Of a stretch of DNA of 64,000 nucleotides, positions 38,701 to 51,041 are shown in pieces (position 1 is the stretch's first letter; every line of letters begins with the position of its first letter). Source of the DNA: Octopus sinensis (taxonomy: Eukaryota); contig NC_042998.1 of NCBI RefSeq assembly GCF_006345805.1, positions 94,984,001 through 95,048,000 on the forward strand, read 5' to 3'. The notes below the pieces were generated by a model. It had not been told where the DNA came from. It worked only from the letters and a program-made list of their open reading frames with translations, and searched no databases. Both the position numbers and the translations under genes were made by a program.

Positions 38701-39088
38701 ATTGTCACTAAAACATGATAGCAGTGGACTGTGAAAGATGTCATTAGTAAAACTATCATGTCATTGAATATAAGCTTCATTATGTATTAAAAATAACAAC
38801 TAACTTCAAAATATGTTAAGATAACATCAGTATTGTATTGGTATAGATTTATATTAGAATGTTGCTAATACAATTAAACATTATTCTCTCAATTCCAAAG
38901 TTTCTGTAATATACATTATTTATTCCTTGGTTATAGGTTTAATGTTCATTTTGCCATGCTACCATGGGTTAGGGTTGATGGCACAGGAAAGGCACTTAAG
39001 GCAGCATTTCATGACCTGATGCCCTTCCTGTGTCAACAACCGCTTTTCAAACAAGAGGTTTTACTTATCTATTTATTTTTGCATTCCA

Positions 39089-41259
39089 CATACTACTCGA
39101 AGCCTTTGACGAAATAGAAGGGGATATAGCTTCACTTAATGTGGAAGGCAACTGGAGATTTCTACGGGACAATCTGCTGACAGCCACTGACCAGATCTGT
39201 GGATGGAGCAAAGTACCATCTCGACCCAGAGTAACATGGTGGTGGAACTCTGTGGTTGACAGGGCTATTAGACAAAAGAGACAGGCTTGGAAGGACTGGA
39301 GGAATGGTGGTAGCAGGGAATTGTATCAGACAGCCAGAAGGGAAGCTAGGAGACAGGTTTATTTAGCCAGAGGGGAAGCGGATAAGAAAAAATTTGCCAA
39401 TGTTCTGAGCCGTGAGGATGAAAGACTTGAGGTATTTCGTGTTGCAAGACAGTGTGTGAGAGAGAATCGTGATGTGGTAGGAGAGAAGTGTGTTCGCATG
39501 GATGATGGTTCACTTGCGCTATGAAAGGTTGCTGAATAAAGAAAATGAATGGGATAAAGAGAGTCTGCCGAATGTTGACCCAACAGAGGGACCAGCTATC
39601 CGAGTTGATAGTTCCGTGGTAGCTAAGGCAATTAGAAGCATGAAGACAGGGAAAGCCCCAGGCCCATCAGGAATTACTGCAGAGATGCTCAAAATATCTG
39701 GCAGTGTCGGCTATAACCTAGTCACCCGTATAGTCAACCAGGTGATACACGAAGGAGTCATACCCAATGACTGGTGTAGCAGCATACTAGTCAACTGCTA
39801 CAAAGGTAAAGGTGATGCCCTAGATACAAATAATTACAGAGGTATCAAGCTGTTGGATCAAGTAATGAAGGTTACGGAGAGGGTCATAGCCCAACTAATT
39901 AGAGAGAGAGTTAGTTTAGATGAGATGCAGTTTGGGTTCGTGCAAGGGAAAAGTACCACGGATGCTATATTCCTGGTAAGGCAGCTGCAAGAGAAATACC
40001 TAGCCAAAGATAAGCCCCTGTACCTGGCTTTTGTTGACATGGAGAAAGCTTTTGATAGGGTCCCCCGATCCCTTATCTGGTGGTCAATGAGGAAACTAGG
40101 GATAGATGAATGGCTGGTGAGGACTGTGCAAGCCATGTACAGAGATGCCGTAAGTAAGGTTAGGGTTAGCAACATGTACACAGAAGAATTCAAAGTAGAG
40201 GTTGGGGTCCACCAGGGTTCAGTACTCAGCCCCCTCCTATTTATCATAGTCCTACAGGCAATTACGGAGGAATTCAAGACAGGTTGTCCCTGGGAGCTCC
40301 TCTACGCTGACGACCTTGCTCTTATTGCTGAGTCACTATCAGAGCTGGAGGAGAAGTTCCAGGTGTGGAAGGAGGGTTTAGAATCGAGGGGCCTTAGAGT
40401 CAACCTAGCTAAAACCAAAGTACTAATAAGTAGGAAGGTAGACAATCCACAAATGTCTTCAGGAAGATGGCCCTGCTCGATCTGTAGAAAAGGTGTAGGT
40501 AGAAACTCTATAAGATGTACCCAGTGTAAGCTATGGACACATAAGAGGTGCAGCAATGTCAAAGGTAGGCTAACTGGGAAGATAGTTTTTGTATGTGGCA
40601 GATGCTCAGGAGCATTAACCTCCGAAAATCTGCAGGAAATAACTTCAGTCACTTTCCAATGGGAAAAACTAGAAGTAGTTGATAGCTTCCGTTATCTAGG
40701 TGACCAAGTCAGTAGTGGGGGTGGGTGCGCTGAAAGTGTAACTGCTAGAATAAGAATAGCCTGGGCAAAGTTTAGGGAGCTCTTACCTCTGCTGGTGACT
40801 AAAGGCCTCTCGCTCAGAGTAAAAGGCAGACTGTATGATGCGTGTGTATGAACAGCCATGCTACATGGCAGTGAAACATGGGCTGTGACTGCCGAGGATA
40901 TGCGTAAGCTCGTGAGGAATGAAGCCAGTATGCTCCGATGGATGTGCAATGTCAGTGTACATACTCGACAGAGCGTTAGCACCTTGAGAGAAATGTTGTA
41001 CCTAAGAGGCATCAGTTGTGGTGTGCAAGAGAGACGATTGCGCTGGTATGGTCATGTGGCGAGAATGGATGAAGATAGGTGTGTGAGAAAGTGCCAATCC
41101 TTAGCAGTTGAGGGAACCCGTGGAAGAGATAGACCCAGGAAAACCTGGGACGAGGTGGTGAAGCACGACCTTCGAACTTTAGGCCTCACTGAGGAAATGA
41201 CCAGCGACCGAGACCTTTGGAAATATTCTGTACGTGAGAAGACCAGGCAGGACAAGTGA
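39089..41259 (+). pseudogene. RTE reverse transcriptase ORF with inserted C4HC3 finger; one frameshifting deletion (~39520) and one stop (40849-40851)
   Basis: ORFs 39030-39524, 39490-40851 and 40858-41259 join into one colinear RTE protein. Confidence 0.95.
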
Positions 41260-41344
41260 GCCCAGCCCACTTATGAATGCCTTTCCTCCCTTGGACACAA
41301 AGACCTGTTGAGGCAAGCGAAGTCGATATAGAACCTCATCCGAC

Positions 41345-41920
41345 GACAGGCACCCATGCCAACCCCCCTTTGCTTGCGCAGACATGTTGGGGCAAGCGAA
41401 ATCGAAGTCAAAATCGAATTGAACCAGCCAGGATCCCTGGTCTGGTGGTACGTAAAAAGCACTATCCGACTCGTGGCCAATGCCAGCGCCGCCTCCACTG
41501 GCTTCTGTGCCGGTGGCACGTAAAATACACCAATCTGACCGTACGACAGGCACCCATGCCAACCCCCTTGCTTGCGAAGACATGTTGGGGCAAGCGAAAT
41601 CAAATCGAACCAGCCAGGTTCCCTGGTCTGGTGGTACGTAAAAAGCACTATCCGACTCGTGGCCGATGCCAGTGCCGCCTCCACTGGCTTCCGTGCCGGT
41701 GGCACGTAAAATACACCAATCTGACCGTACAACAGGCACCCATGCCAACCCCCTTGCTTGCGAAGACATGTTGGGGCAAGCGAAATCGAAATCGAATTGA
41801 ACCAGCCAGGATCCCTGGTCTGGTGGTACGTAAAAAGCACCATCCGACTCGTAGCCGATGCCAGCACCGCCTCGTCTGGCTTCCGTGCCGGTGGCACATA
41901 AAATACACCAATCCGACCGT
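41345..41920 (+). repeat. Three tandem 186-200-bp units in the RTE 3' UTR
   Basis: Units start at 41345, 41545 and 41731 ((g/a)acaggcacccatgccaacccc...). Confidence 0.95.
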
Positions 41921-42805
41921 GGCCGTTGCCAGCCTCGCCTGGCACCTGTGCAGGTGGCACGTAAAAAGCACCCACTACACTCACGGAGTGGTTGGCATTA
42001 GGAAGGGCATCCAGCTGTAGAAACACTGCCAGATAAGACTGGAGCCTGGTGCAGCCTTCTGGCTTCCCAGATCCCCGGTCGAACCGTCCAACCCATGCTA
42101 GCATGGAGAACGGACGTTAAACGACGATGATGATGATGATGATGGTATTCAAGAGTGTATTCATGGTCATAGTGTCAACAAGGAATGTAAGCATCATATC
42201 CCTATTTTGCTGAAGTGGTGACAAGCAAAGCCAAGGAGTGCATCACACACACACAATAGGCTTCCATACAGTTTCAGCCTTCTGATTCCACTCAAAAAGC
42301 ACTGGTCAACTAGGGACTATAGCAGAAAACACTTGCCAAAGATGCAACAATGGAACTGCACCAAAAAACCAGTAAACATTTTAGCTACATAGCCATGCCT
42401 GCATTGTAGCCAAAGCCACAATATGGTGTACTGGGGCTACAGAAAAACACTTCAGTAAAATGGAATAAGATTTTACTTAGAGATTCAACACATATTCTAA
42501 AGACTAATTATAGCAGTTTTTGTATCCAGGGTGTTTTTCTTACTTTTACATCTGCTCCAAAAACAGATAGATGATGAGGTTAATTATCAAGTGGGAAGTA
42601 ATTAAACAACTTAAATTAACAAAAATTAATTTGAAATTCATCCCACTAGAAAAGTTACTGTTTCCTGCATATAAAATAAATAATCATTTATAGTGTAAGT
42701 AGAGAAGCCAGTTAATATAAAAATGGTATATTACAGGTTTTCAGCTACATTGCTTTTAAATTGTAATTTCTATGATAGTTGTTAATCAATATAGCAATTT
42801 ATTAA

Positions 42806-43020
42806 GGTGGCAAGCTTGGCAGAAACATTAGCACGCTGAACAAAATGCTTAGCGGTATTTCGTCTGTCTTTATGTTCTGAGTTCAAATTCTGCCGAGGTC
42901 GACTTTGCCGTTCATCCTTTCAGGGTTGATAAATTAAGTATCAGTTGTGTACTGAGGTCGATATAATCGACTGGCCCCCTCCCCCAAAATTTCAGGCCTT
43001 GTGCCTAGAGTAGAAAAGAA
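42806..43020 (+). mobile_element. OK-like tRNA-derived SINE
   Basis: ggtggcaagcttggcagaaacattagcacgc...ttctgagttcaaattctgccgaggtcgactttgcc...gtgcctagagtagaaaagaa. Confidence 0.9.
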
Positions 43021-43086
43021 TATAGCAATTTATCAACCAAATTGATAAACTACTGCATGGAGTTGGTAGAATTTTACCAAATTAGA

Positions 43087-43429
43087 GGCAAAGCAGATCC
43101 CAATATTTCATGTGAATACTCTCAACATTTATCTAACAATAGCAATATGTTGGTGGTAGGAAGGGCATCTGGCTGTAGAAACCATCCAAAACAGACACTG
43201 GAACATGATGCAGTCCTTAAACACATCAGATCCTGTCAAACCATCCAACCCATGCCAGGAAAGAACACAGATATTAAATGATGAAGATGATGATTTGTTC
43301 AAGGACTGCATCATGCCCCAGTGTCTATTTTGGATGGTTTCTACAGCCGGATGCCCTTCCTAACACCAACATATTGCTATTGTTAGAAAAATGTTGAGAG
43401 TATTCAAAAATATTGGGATCTGCTTTGCC
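43087..43429. repeat. Local inverted duplication: arms 43087-43222 and 43297-43429, 74-bp spacer containing an RTE tail
   Basis: Reverse complement of the right arm matches the left arm at roughly 90%, including non-RTE sequence (ggcaaagcagatcccaatattt...gaatactctcaacattt). Confidence 0.9.
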
Positions 43430-44521
43430 GTTTTTCATGCTGGCATGGGCTGGACAGTTTGACAGGAGCTGGCCAGCTGGAGTGTTGCACCAGGCTTCAA
43501 TTGTCTATTTTGACATGGTTTCTACAGCTGGATGCCCATTCCTAATACCAACCACTTTACAGAGTGTACTAGGTGCTTTTGACATGGCACTAGCATTGTG
43601 CGTGTGTGTGTGTGTGTGTGTATACATTGTATCTCTCCTCCTTCCCAGTCAAACTAATTCACGCAGATATTGAAAACTAAGTCGTAAAGTTTGAAATTTG
43701 AGTGATTAAACGTTACTAGTCAAAATTATGAAGGCACAATATTCTTTTCTTTTTTTTTTTAATGAAGCCCAAGAACATATCAAGTATATCTACCAAAAAA
43801 TTTTGAAAAGTATTTTTCAGAAATATATTTGTTTCATGAGTAAATACCAGAAGTACACTCACACACACACTCACACACATTGATGCCCTTCTTGTTTTCT
43901 TTTTTCTTTAAGTAAGGGATCTCATATTACACAAATCTATTAAAACATAAAGCAATCAGACAATTTGTTGATGGAGGAGCCACTTCTCTTGTCAACAAAT
44001 CCGTAAACAATGGGTATACATTCTTTACTACACTTTCTATGTGACTTACGACCATCTGCAATTATGACCACAAAAAATAGGAAATAAAGAAAACAAATAA
44101 ATAAATTTAAAAATCGATTTTTGGATGTTGGGCAGTGGTGCGTTCGATAACTATGGCAGCAACTGGCAACACAGGCCTCCCTCAGACCAAGCATCTACTC
44201 AGTCACTTTCAAGTATCAGCTGCGTTTGAATGAAAATAGTGTTGAAAAATATAAATCCGACATACAACCAGATCGACTTACGACCAGTCAGTTGGAATGG
44301 AACTCAGTGGTAAGTTGAGGAGAAAGTGTATTTGAAAATATATATCCACTGAACAGACCACATGTCAGTGTCGAAAAAAATATTTGAGGGAACAGATATA
44401 AATGAAGGAATGCTTTAAAAAAGAAAAAAGAAAAAGGATTCTAGGCAAATACCAATGGATGGGAGAGTTGATAGGCTTACTGGGTTCACTCTTGAAGTAT
44501 AACAACTTATATATTCTTTTA

Positions 44522-44708
44522 TCTTTTACTTGTTTCAGTCGTTAGATTGTGGCCATGCTGGAGCACTACCTTGAAGAATTCTTAGTCAAAACAAATCAAC
44601 CCCAGTACTTTTCTTTTCAGCCTGGTACTTATTCTACTTATCTATTTTGCTGAACTGCTAAGTTACAGGAACATAAACACACCAACACCAGTTGTCAAGA
44701 TGACAAAG

Positions 44709-44745
<37 letters not shown>

Positions 44746-44965
44746 ATATCATCATCATCGTTTAACATGGAAAGTGGACGTTAAATGATGATGGTGATGA
44801 TATATATGACAGGTTTCTTTCAGTCTTTGTTAACCAACTCCACTCTCAAGACTTTAGTCAACCCAAGGTTATTGTAGAAGACACTTGCCCAAGGTGCCAC
44901 ACAGTGGGACTGAACCCAGAACCATGTGATTAAGAAGGCAGCTTTTGCCACACAGCCCCACCTGA
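44522..44965 (-). mobile_element. OR1-like SINE with a short RTE-tail piece in its core
   Basis: cttttacttgtttcagtc...gccatgctggagcact...gacacttgcccaaggtgccacacagtgggactgaacc. Confidence 0.8.
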
Positions 44966-45801
44966 GCCTATATATATCATCTTCATCATCATTATTTAAT
45001 GTCCATAGGTTGGATGACTCGATAAGATGACTTAATGTCCATAGGTTGGATGACTTGATACTCCAATGCCTGCATAAACATGATTTCTACAGCTGGATGC
45101 TATTCCTAATGCCAACCACTTTACAGTGCATGCTGGGTAATTTTATTGTTATACCAGTGAGAGTAAGATCACCATGCAGCTTGTAAGGTTAACATCACCT
45201 TTGACTGAGTGGAACTACAATAGAGATGTAGCTGGCTTTATGCTAAGAGATGAGGGATTAAAGTATAAGAGAAAGGGTCAGGATAGAATGGGTTTCTTGC
45301 TGTAGAAAACCAGGGAGGAGCTGGGAAAGACAAAAGAATAATGATGATGAGGTGTCAGGGTGACCTTTGATTTCTATGAATTGTACGGCAAAGTAGATGA
45401 CTGACAGTGCAGGAAAAAGATGGGTGAAAATCAGTAAAACAGTAATAATGATATAGTAGAGAGGAGAGGGATGAGAGAGGAGGGGTAAAAGAGAGAGGGA
45501 ACATGTGGTTGGGTGATTTCATGTATATATATATATATATACTGTCCCAGTGGCATGTAAAAAGCACCATCCAAACGTAGTCGATGCCAGGTCCGCCTGA
45601 CTGGCTCCTGTGCTGGTGGCACGTAAAAAGTACTATCTAAATGTGATCGGTGTGGCACGTAAAAAGCACCATCCAAACATGGCTGATGCCAGTGCCCCCT
45701 GACTAGCTCCCCTGCCAGTCATAATCGACGTATTACCAGTAGATATATATATGTGTATGTGTGTGTATATACATACAGGAATAGATATATATATATATAT
45801 A

Positions 45802-47037
45802 CAGGGGTTGGACAAAATAATGGAAACACCTTAAAATTTCAAACAAATTTATTTTAATATAGGACTGCTTTGAATTCTACGAGGTATGGCCTCATACAAA
45901 GTTTGAATAGTTTCCAAAGGAATTTTTGTCCATTCTTCAGCTAAAACAGTCTCCAGTTCTAGTAGTGACAATGGTGGAGAATATAGACTCCTTACTTGTT
46001 TTTCTAACATGCACCATAAATGTTCAATAATACTGAGATCTGGGGACTGTGATGGCCAGATAAAATGCTCAACTTCACTAGAATGTTCCTCATGCCATTC
46101 AGTAACAACTTTAGTGGTGTGAATTGGTGCATTATCTGTAATATTGTGTTTCCCTCTGGAAACAGTCCACAACTATAGGATGAATTTGATCAGATAAAAT
46201 GCTTAAATAGTTCTGACTATTAATTCTGCCATGAAGGGAAACCATTGGTCCAGCAGATTTCCAAGATATAACCCCCCAGATCATCACAGATCCTCCTCCG
46301 TGTTTAACAGTTGGAAGAAGGCAGTCTGGGTCAAATGTTTCTTTTGGCTGTCTCCACATGTAAACTCGGCTCGTGGTCGGAATAAGGTAAAGGATGACTT
46401 GCCCGAGAAAATAACATTCTTCCACTGCTCTAGGGACCAATTTTGTACTCTACTCTAAATGCTTTGCAGGATTTGTTTTTGAAAGTAGTGATTTTCTGAT
46501 TGCAGCCCTCCCATGAAATCTGGCTTTGTGCAGCTCCTGGTGAATAGTTTTTGTGGAAACTGGGTTCTCTAGGTGGTCGTTAAGATCTGCAGTAATTTTG
46601 GGAGCTGTACTTTTGTGATCCTGTCTAACAATTTGCGTAAGAGTCCAACGGTCCCTGTCTGAAAGTTTTGGTTTTCTTCCGAAGTTTTGTTTCGACGAGA
46701 GGGTTTTCCTCTCTTTCTCAAAGGCTGTCATTACTTTGGAGACAGTACTTCTTGAGACACCAAACATTTCAGCTGTTTTTGTGACACTAGTGCCTGCCAT
46801 ACGAACACCAACAATTTTATCTCTTTGAAAGTCCGATAGATCTGTCATTTTAATGACTTTTAATTACCTTTTTCTGATGATATCTGAAAAGGAACAGCAA
46901 TTTTAGCAAAACATATTAAGCAATACTAATAATAAATAAAAAAACATAAAAATAAACAAGCTTTTGACGGTTTTATAGATATTTCAAAATCATGATGCTA
47001 TGATGCTAGGTGTTTCCATTATTTTGTCCAACTCCTG
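45802..47037 (-). mobile_element. Full-length Tc1-like DNA transposon (DD36E spacing), 30-bp TIRs, TA flanks
   Basis: CAGGGGTTGGACAAAATAATGGAAACACCT (45802-45831) versus reverse complement of 47008-47037 (1 mismatch); TA on both sides; length 1236 bp. Confidence 0.97.
45849..46848 (-). pseudogene. Tc1-like transposase, disrupted (stop at 46450-46452, frameshifts)
   Basis: MTDLSDFQR..paired-like HTH..GRKPKLS; PTVKHGGGSVMIWG; DNAPIH...WPSQSPDLSIIEHLW with 36 residues between D and E. Confidence 0.95.
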
Positions 47038-47084
47038 TATACATACATATATATATATATTATATATACATATGTGAGAGAGAT

Positions 47085-47490
47085 GCAGGCATGTTTGTAT
47101 GATTAAGAAGTTCACTTTACATCCTTGTGGCTTTGAGTTCAGTCCCATTGCAGAGCTACTTTGACAAGTGTTTCCTATTACAGCCCCAATGTAACTAGAG
47201 GCTTGTGAGTAGATCTGATATTTGGAAGCTTAAAAATGCTTGTCATACATATGTGTGTACCCTTATCTTGACATTGCATGCGAGTTGTAAAACAACTGTC
47301 ACTCTCATACAAGCAGTGTTGTTCATTTGCAATCTTCCTTAAAAATATGTTTGGTCATGATACTGTGTGTGTTCAAAGGACTAAGGGAAATATCACCTTG
47401 CTTGGTAAAAAGTGAGAGTTAGCAACAAGAAGAGCATCAAGCTAAAGAAAGTCTGCCTCAGAAAAATTTCATTTGACACTAAAATGATGG
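47085..47490 (+). mobile_element. OR1-headed SINE with RTE-like tail, degenerate
   Basis: gcaggcatg..ttaagaagttcacttt..gagttcagtccc head; aacaagaagagcatc..ctgcctca body as at 7540-7660. Confidence 0.65.
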
Positions 47491-47954
47491 TAGTGGTGTT
47501 GGTGATACATATATATCAAGAATATGGAGGTATATATTTTGTTGTGCTGCCTGGGCTAAATATATATGACTGTGTGTATATGTGTGTGTGTGTGCTGGTA
47601 GTTTTCTTTGGATCTGTGTGTGTTTCTTCCATCATTAATGCATACAAAGTGAGTGAATGCACGTATGTGAATGTTTGTAAAAAGCAGAAGGACACACTTC
47701 GTTGTTATTGCCGCTTGGGTTGTTCAAGCCCCGTAAGTACAACTGTGCATGTGTAGAGACCTAAGAAAAACAAAATTTGATTTCTATTTTTCATCTTTTT
47801 CTCCAGATGAAATGAACAACCCATTACATTTAAATTAATTATCTATGTTAATTATGATTATACGAATGATGCAGTTTTTATTCCATTGAAACAGCTGTCA
47901 AAAGCAATTATATTATAAATCATATGTGAAATTTACCCTTTCCTGCTCTTTACT

Positions 47955-48016
<62 letters not shown>

Positions 48017-48751
48017 TGCAAATTTCTTGGTGAAGAAGCTTGCTCAATCCACATATCCATTGCCTTCGGCAAAAATTATCATTAATATCACAACATCATG
48101 TTGAAGATGTTAGTGGTAGCAAGATTCACAGGTTGTAAATACAACTGATCCTCAAAAATATACATTCCAACTCATGCATGGAAAAATAGATGTAAAATTG
48201 TGGGGAAAAATGAAGAAAAAAAAAACAATAGGAGTTGAAAGTTTGCTTTTTTCTATTACTCATACACACACACATGTATGTATGTATGTATATGTGACAG
48301 AGGACAGGTATCAGTGGCAAATGCTGGCTGCTGGAATGTCTAGAACAAAACTTCAAAGACTGCCAGTGCTGGTCTCAGAAAGATAATGATGATCAAAAAT
48401 ATCAAGCATTATGAAATACAGCTTTTTAATGTAAAAAACAAAAATATATATAAAAAAAGAAAAGAAACATTATGCTTAACATTTTATGATGCTTCTTTCC
48501 ATCATCAATAAAATTTCGTCTACTATTCATTTTTCTTACTATCTTAAGAATGTTAGCCTGTACTTAAGTATATGTTCTTGAAGCAGAAGGCATCCCTAGA
48601 AAACTTTTTCAGCGTTGTTATTTTAATGATATTATTTAAATGATAATTAATAGACAAAATTATTTTAAATTATTTAATCAGAAAATGTTTGTTTCCTTTT
48701 TTTTTTATCAAAAAATTCATTCATTGTTACAGTTATTCTAAGATCTGATAA

Positions 48752-48816
48752 ACTCTTTTACTTGTTTCAGTCATTTGACTGTGATGTTGGGGGGACAAAC
48801 ACAGACATACAAACAT

Positions 48817-48865
<49 letters not shown>

Positions 48866-49020
48866 TACGACGGGTTTCTTTCAGTTTTCGTCTACCAAAT
48901 TCACTCACAAGGCTTTGGTCAGCCTGAGGCTATAGTAGAAGACACTTGCCATGCAGTGGGAATGAACCCGGAACCATGTGGTTGGAAAGCAAGCTACTTA
49001 CCACACAGCCACTCCTGCAC
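48752..49020 (-). mobile_element. OR1-like SINE with internal deletion
   Basis: actcttttacttgtttcagtcatttgactg...aacccggaaccatgtggttggaaagcaagctacttaccacacagccactcctgcac. Confidence 0.85.
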
Positions 49021-50284
49021 CAATATGTAAACGTAAGTTTATACTTTGCTGGACAGTTCTAATAAAACTGGAAAATATCTGGAGTTGTGACCATATTTAT
49101 TACATATAACATTCAATCTCTATTTGATGAATTTAATTTTTTGAGTCAACTCAGATTCGAGTTGCTTCCTTTGCTTTTGGCAAAAATTTTCATTAACACT
49201 AATAACTTGTCTTTTTTATTACAAGTGTAATTGAAATTGATTAAAATTTGGTGGGGTTTCATACATTAAATATGTTAACATCCATTTCGTTGTCTTCTAG
49301 AAGCTGCAACCAAGATGGATGATGATTCACAATGCATGCTGTGCTAGGCTTCCTTGTTAGCCATTGGCTTTGAAAGATTGTCAATTTTCAACAAAATTTA
49401 TACAGAAAATTTGGTAGAGAACTGCATATCTATCAACAACATCAGTGTAAATGAACAGCCTTCATTCTTTATTCTGCTGTAGAAGTCACCAAGATATAAC
49501 ATCTGTCATGTCCCAGTATTCAACACAATAACAGTGGTCAGCAAATCTGGCCTGCATTGAGCAACAATAGCAAAGGTGTAAGGTGTCAGTAAATTTCCTC
49601 TTTGGTCTTGTGTTCATACCAGGAGATGCTTAGAGCCTCATAAGAATCTTGGTGTACATATCATCAAGGCAGTCTTGAAACTCCCTTTTTTAATAGTTTC
49701 AACTTAATTATACATCTATTGGTACTCATCTCTTTGGAATTAAGAACAGAGTAATAAGTATTAGTGATGTCATCATCATAATTTAATGTCGGTATTCCAT
49801 GCTAACATGACTTGGATGGTTTGGTAGATTTTTACTCACTTGAGAGCTGTGTTGGTCTTCAACATCTGCTTTGGAAAGGTTTTTTTGGTGAGATGCTCTT
49901 ATTAACACTAACTACTTTACAGAATACACTCGGTACTCTTCTCATGACAGCAGAACTAGTAATGTCACCAAGTAACTCACAAGACAAGATGCAGTATTTA
50001 TGGAGGCAGCTTTGTGCCTGGTGTTGGAAGGCTGAACTATGAAAGAGGGACAGGAACAAGTATCTATCTGTAGGGGGGATATATGGATACTCCAGCAGGA
50101 AAGGGAGAAAGGATGGTGGAGATGAGATTAGGAGACTCCAACTAAATCCAGACCATTCAACACATGTTAAATTATGATAAAGATCAAAAGTGTTAAAACG
50201 GTGTCCATTAAAATAGTGTCCCTAGATCTATAAAGTATTAAAATAGTAAGCCAATAAAGAAAGTGTTGCATAGTTATATATATG

Positions 50285-50345
<61 letters not shown>

Positions 50346-50846
50346 ATATATATATATATATGCACACACTTATAAAGTTGGATGAAGAATAGGATTTTCA
50401 TTAAGGAGAATTGTTTTAGAAAAAATAATCTCAGGTTAAACAAAAATAGTATACATACACATATATGTGTGTGTATGTGTGTGTGTGTGTATAGAACATG
50501 ATAAATAGGATTATAAAGAATAGAAAATTCTACGCTTTTAAGAAACAATCAAAACTCTGAAACTGTTTTGCTTCCTTAGAGCAATATCATTCATTTTGTA
50601 GAAACTTTTTTCTTTCTCTCTCCCTGCCACCCCCACCTCTCCCATCACTTCTCTACAACAAGTTTTTGATTTTTAATAATTTCTTTTAATCTTGGCGAAC
50701 ATTTATGAGGACTTGGTGTTTTAATGGCTGAATTGACCATCTTGAAATCGGTGAAATACCATTAGTGTCTATAATTATCTACTTCAAGAGATATTTTTCT
50801 TCTGCACTTAAAAAACGTGTTTCTTGGTGATTATATTTATCACAGC

Positions 50847-50878
<32 letters not shown>

Positions 50879-51041
50879 TACAAACAGACATAAGCAAAGA
50901 ATAATGAATTGAAATATTCTACAAAGCATTTCTGTTGCTAATCCTTTACAAGGCACAAATATACATCTAAATAAACTGAAAACTGTTGGCACTTTTAGGA
51001 TGGTTCCACAACCAATTGTTAGCTGCAATCATGAGCTAACC

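Larger units (their letters stand above)
39089..42143 (+). mobile_element. RTE-clade LINE, 5'-truncated (endonuclease absent), with full 3' UTR and (GAT)n tail
   Basis: RT motifs KAPGPSG, NYRGIKLL, QFGF..GKSTTDAI, FVDMEKAFDRV, GVHQGSVLSPLLF, YADD, FRYLG; C-terminal RLRWYGHV..GRDRPRKTW; tail at ~42120-42143. Confidence 0.97.

Noticed and set aside
41179-42104. Repetitive 196-277-aa ORFs on both strands (also 573-1400 and 57240-57592)
   Set aside because: By-products of GC-rich tandem repeats in the RTE 3' UTR.
49150-49690. Possible decayed mariner-like coding remnant on -
   Set aside because: Only vague motif similarity; no TIRs or diagnostic WVPH/DE/HDNA/YSPDL motif can be read.
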